Positions 59,696 through 64,000 of a stretch of DNA of 64,000 nt are shown one piece after another (the stretch's first letter is position 1; the number at the start of each line of letters is the position of its first letter). The DNA is from the human T2T-CHM13v2.0 reference genome, Homo sapiens. Below the pieces are notes generated by a model. The model was not told the DNA's origin. It made no database searches and saw only the letters and a list, made by a program, of their open reading frames with translations. The stretch is taken from the NCBI GenBank assembly GCA_009914755.4, contig CP068257.2:12608001-12672000 (forward strand), written 5' to 3'. A program made the position numbers and the translations under genes.

Positions 59696-61337
59696 TCATA
59701 AAGATCTTGGACTGCTTCTCCTTGTCTATTATCTTAGTATTTTTATACTGTCTCATGGCTTTACTTTCCGTACACTAATATGTCCAAGTTAATCTCTCTA
59801 GTCTGGATCTCTCCTCTGAACTCCAGGGTTGAACCGGCAGCTGACCCTCTCAGCATCTCCCCTCTAACATCTAAATGACATCTCCAATTTACATGTCGCA
59901 CACAGGATTCTTGATTTTCCTTCAGCACACACAAACCTGTCCCACATGTGATTTTTTCCACCTTAGCTAATGGCAATGTCATTCTTCCAGTTGCTCAGGT
60001 AAAAAATATCTTGCAGTCATCTAGACCCTTCTTATTCTACATCAAATCTATAATCAAATCCCATTGGCTCGATCTTCAAAATATATCCAAGAATCCAGAA
60101 TTCACCCACTACTCATCACCTTCACAGCTGCCCCCTCTGTCCAATCAGGATTATTTCTCACTTGCCATTATTGTAACTGCCTGCTTATAGGCCTTCCTGC
60201 TGCCATCTTACCCCATACAGGCTATTTGCAACATAGTATACAGAGAGTTTCTTTTATAAATGTAAGTCAGAGCATATCGCTCTTCTGCCCAAAACTTCCA
60301 AAAGATTCACCTCTCAGAGAAAAATCTCATGTCCTTACACTGACTTGTAAAATCCTACAGGACCTGGACCTGTTTACCTTTCTGATCTCAGAACCCTAGG
60401 AAGTTCACCCTTCATAACTCTTTCCAGCAACACTGACCATTTTCTGTTCCTGGAATAGCCAGGCATGCCCCTACTTCAAGGCCTTTGCATTTCTGATTCA
60501 CTGCATAAAGTAGACTTTGTTCAGATAAACATATGGCTTGCATATCCGCCTTCTGTTGGTGTTTGCTTAAATGTCATCTCATCAATGAAGACTTGCTTAT
60601 CCACCCTATTTCATATCTCAACACTTCCTACTCCTTTCCCAGCTTTACTTTGTCATAAGTCTTATTAATTTCCATAAGATTGGGAAATTTACTTGTTCGT
60701 TTTTTATTTTGTCTTCCTCCTAACTCTATATTATAAGGTTTTATAAGGGCAGGATTTTTTGTTATTTGTTCCATTGCCATCAGCTAGAACACCAAATGGC
60801 ACATACATAAGTATTTGTTGAAAGGGTGGATAAATAACTAGAGACTGAAAGAACACTGAAAAGTCTTCTGATCCATCATTTCTTTTATTTTTTGGCCATT
60901 GAGACTTAATATATTTCATTTAAATGAGTATAATTTTTTAAGTCTCCAAGAAAAGCTAATCCAGAAGCACTGAAACATACTTTGAAATCCATTTGCTATG
61001 GGGTATACATATCTCTGAATCCTAAAGAGCATATTTGCCTGTGTATAGTATCACTATGCACTCAGTAAATAGCTTAAGAAAAGCTTAAAATGTAAAAATT
61101 AATAAATATTGTTGTAAACTTAATCATTCCCTTTCCCCTACAGTAAATCAATTTTCCTTATTTATAAGATCACTGTTAATATAATATCTAAATTGAACCT
61201 CTTGAAATTTCTGTAAGCCAATTTTGGGAAACCATTCCTTCTTTTTCTCCCTAAAAAAAGAATTCCAGTCCCTATAAATATTTGTTTACAAAATTGTTTT
61301 TTTAAAAAATTATAAGTTGCAGCAGCTCAAATAAAGA

Positions 61338-61460
61338 ATACAGCAGAGCATGGTGCTGCACGCCTATAGTTCCAGCTACTAGGAGGTCAAACTGGGAGGA
61401 TCCATTGAGCTCAGGAGTCTGAAACCAGCCTGGGCAACATAGCAAGACTCTTGTCTCAAA
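61338..61460 (+). mobile_element. Alu monomer fragment (FRAM/right-arm-like)
   Basis: gcacgcctatagttccagctactaggaggtcaaactgggaggatccattgagctcaggagtctgaaaccagcctgggcaacatagcaagactcttgtctc. Confidence 0.6.
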
Positions 61461-61469
61461 ACAAATGAA

Positions 61470-61580
61470 AGGGAGGAAGAAAGGAAAGGAGGAAGAAAGA
61501 AACAGAGAGAAAGAAAGAAAGAAAGACGAGAGAAGAGAGAAGAGGAGGGGAGGGGAGGGGAGGGGAGGGGAGGGGAGGGT
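61470..61580. repeat. GA-rich tract ending in (GGGAGG)n
   Basis: gaaagggaggaagaaaggaaaggaggaagaaagaaacagagagaaagaaagaaagaaagacgagagaagagagaagaggaggggaggggaggggaggggaggggaggg. Confidence 0.85.
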
Positions 61581-64000
61581 CCAGGGCAAGATGACCAGAT
61601 GACCCAATAGGAAAAGCTCTGGTCTGCAGCTCCCAATGAGACCAATGCAGAAGGCAGGTGATTTCTGCATTTCTCACTGAGGTACCTGGCTCATCTCACT
61701 GGGACTGCTTAGACAGTGAGTCCAGCCCACAGAGGGCACGCAGAAGCAGGGTGGGGCATTGCCTCACCTGGGAAGTGCAAGGGGTTGGGGAAATCCCTCC
61801 CCTAGCCAAGGGAAGCCAGGAGGGACTGTGCCATGAGGAACGGTGCACTCCAGCCCAGATATTATGCTTTTCCCATGGTTTTCACAGCCCACAGACCAGA
61901 AGATTCCCTCAGGTGTCTATACCACCAGGGCCCTGGGTTTTAAGTACAAACCTGGGCAGCTGTTTGGGCAGACACCCAGTTAGCTGCAGGAGTTGTTTTT
62001 TTTTTTTCCGTACACCAGTGGCGCCTGGAACACCAACGAGACAGAACTGTTCCCTCCCCTGGAAAGGGGGCTGAAGCCAGGGAGCCAAGTGGTCTTGCTC
62101 AGCAGATCCCTCTTCCACGGAGCCCAGCAAGCTAAGATCCACTGGCTTGAAATTCTCACTGCCAGCACAGCAGTCAGAAGTTGACCTGGGATGCTTAAGC
62201 TTGGTGGGAGGAGGAGCTTCTGCCATTACTGAGGCTTGAGTAGGTGGTTTTCCCCTCACAGTGTAAACAAAGCTGTGGGGAAGTTCAAATGGGAGGAACC
62301 CACCTCAGGGCTACAAAGTCACTGTAGCCTGATTGCCTCTCTAGATTCCTCCTGTCTGAGCAGGGCATCTCTGAAAGAAAGGCAGCAGCCCCAGTCAGGG
62401 GCTTATAGATAAAATTCCCATCTCCCTTGGACAGAGCACCTGGGGGAAGGGGCAGCTGTGGGCGCAGCTTCAGCAGACTAAAACTTTCCTGCTTGTCAGC
62501 TCTGAAGATCTCCCAGAACAGTTCTCGAGCTCTACTAAGGGACAGACTGCCTCCTCAAGTGGGTCTCTGGCCTCCATGCCTCCTGACTGGAGACACCTTC
62601 CAGCAGGAGTCAACAGACACCTCATATAGGACAGTTCTGGCTGACATCTGGCAGGTCCCCCTCTGGGACAAAGCTTCCAGAGAAAGGAGCAGGCAGCAGT
62701 CTTTGCTGTTCTGCAGCCTCTGCTGGTGATACCCAGGAAAATAGGGTCTGGAATGGACCTCCAGCAAACTCCAGCAGACCTGCAGAAGAGGGGCCTGACT
62801 GTTAGAAGGAAAGCTAACAAACAGAAAGCAATAACATCAACATCAACAAAAAGGACAACCACAACAAAACCCCATCCACAGGTCATCAGCATCAAAGATC
62901 AAAAGTAGATAAATCCATGAAGATGAGGAAAAACCAGCGTTGAAAATTCCAAAAACCAGAATTCCTCTTCCCCTCCAAAGGATCACAACTCCTCGCCAGT
63001 AAGGGAACAAAACTGGATGGAGAATTAGTTTGATGAATTGACTGAAGTAGGCTTCAGAAGGTGGGTAATAACAAACTGCTCTGAGCTAAAGGAGCATGTT
63101 CTAACCCAGTGCAAGGAAGCTAAGAACCTTGATAAAAGGTTACAGGAACTGCTAACTTGAATAAACAGTTTAGAGAAAAACATAAATGACCTGATGGAGC
63201 TGAAAAACACAGCACAGGAACTTCATGAAGCATACACAAGTATCAATAGCTGAATCCATCAAGCGGAAGAAAGGATATCAGAGATTGAAGATCAACTTAA
63301 TGAAATAAAGCATGAAGACAAGATTAGAGAAAAAAGAAGGAAAATGAATGAACAAAGCCTCCAAGAAATATGAGACTATGTGAAAAGACCAAACCTATGT
63401 TTGTTTGGTGTACCTAAAAGTGATGGGGAGAATGGAACCAAGTTGGAAAACACACTTCAGGCTGTTATCCAAGAGAACTTCCCCAACCTAGCAGGACAGG
63501 CCAACATTCAAATTCAGGAAATACAGAGAACACCACAAAGATACTCCTCAAGAAAAGCAATACCAAGACACATAATCTTCAGATTCACCAAGGTTAAAAG
63601 AAAGAAAAAATGTTAAGGGCAGTCAGAGAAAAAGTTCAGGTTACCTACAAAGGGAAGGCCATCAGACTGTCAGTGGGTCTCTCTGCAGAAACCCTACAAG
63701 CCAGAAGAGAGTGGGGAATCAATATTAAACATTCTAAAAGAAAAGAATTTTCAACCCAGAATTTTATATCCAGCCAAACTAAGCTTCATAAGTGAAGGAG
63801 AAATAAAATCCTTTACAGACAAGCAAATGCTCAGGGATTTTGTCACCACCAGGCCTGCCTTACCAGAGTTCCTGAAGGAAGTGCTAAATATTCAAAGGAA
63901 AAACTGGTACCAGCCACTGCAAAAACATACCAAAATGTAAAGACCATCAACACTATGAAGAAATTGCATCAACTAATGTGTAAAATAATCAACTAGCATC
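61548..64000 (+). mobile_element. L1 (L1PA-like) 5' end: 5'UTR plus degenerate ORF1, continuing beyond the window
   Basis: ggagggtccagggcaagatgaccagatgacccaataggaaaagctctggtctgcagctcccaatgagacc parallels the L1 5' start GGAGGAGCCAAGATGGCCGAATAGGAACAGCTCCGGTCTACAGCTCCCAGCGTGAGC. The ORF1 region (~62920-63940) encodes ...KRPNLCLFGVPKSDGENGTKLENTLQAVIQENFPNLAGQANIQIQEIQRTPQRYSSRKAIPRHIIFRFTKVKRKKKC/LRAVREKVQVTYKGKAIRLSVGLSAETLQARREWG... but with in-frame stops and frameshifts. It ends ccaaaatgtaaagaccatcaacactatgaagaaattgcatcaactaatg, the ORF1 stop and inter-ORF spacer. Confidence 0.9.

Noticed and set aside
63380-63795. ORFs 63380-63616 and 63610-63795 with good protein-like sequence.
   Set aside because: They are fragments of the L1 ORF1 protein (KRPNLCLFGVPKSDGENGTKLENTLQ..., LRAVREKVQVTYKGKAIRL...) from a degenerate L1. 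They are retrotransposon remnants, not a host gene.

Overview
This window is human (primate) nuclear genomic DNA, not a prokaryotic or phage locus. I base that on more than 14 Alu SINEs, several L1 fragments including a 5'-intact L1 with a degenerate ORF1 at the 3' end of the window, MaLR/THE1-type LTRs, microsatellites, a CpG-island promoter, and GT-AG introns. The one gene I can support is a + strand ABCC/MRP-family ABC transporter. From memory, not a database search, I recognise it as the human ABCC13 locus, a known unprocessed pseudogene. I reconstructed 16 exon-like segments between 8819 and 58317 by homology to ABCC1/2/3 and by splice-phase bookkeeping. They run from an ATG in the CpG island through the L0 linker, TMD1 and NBD1 (Walker A, signature, Walker B, H-loop) into the inter-domain linker. 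The exon at 34168-34411 carries a frameshifting deletion of about 11 nt relative to paralogues and an in-frame stop at 34393-34395. Together these would truncate the product at roughly 274 aa. The exon ending at 43828 is followed by CT instead of a GT donor. Apart from these two lesions, every downstream exon keeps an open frame, canonical splice sites and consistent phases. That pattern argues for recent inactivation. I see no CRISPR array, operon, defence system or other prokaryotic feature. The six-frame ORF track is uninformative here: most of its ORFs are Alu or L1 derived or chance ORFs, and it misses one 66-nt micro-exon entirely. The hunt produced a disabled but otherwise well-preserved eukaryotic transporter gene, a tandemly duplicated promoter block, several Alu insertions with intact target-site duplications, and miscellaneous repeat structure. 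It did not produce a novel biological system, and I would rather say so than invent one.
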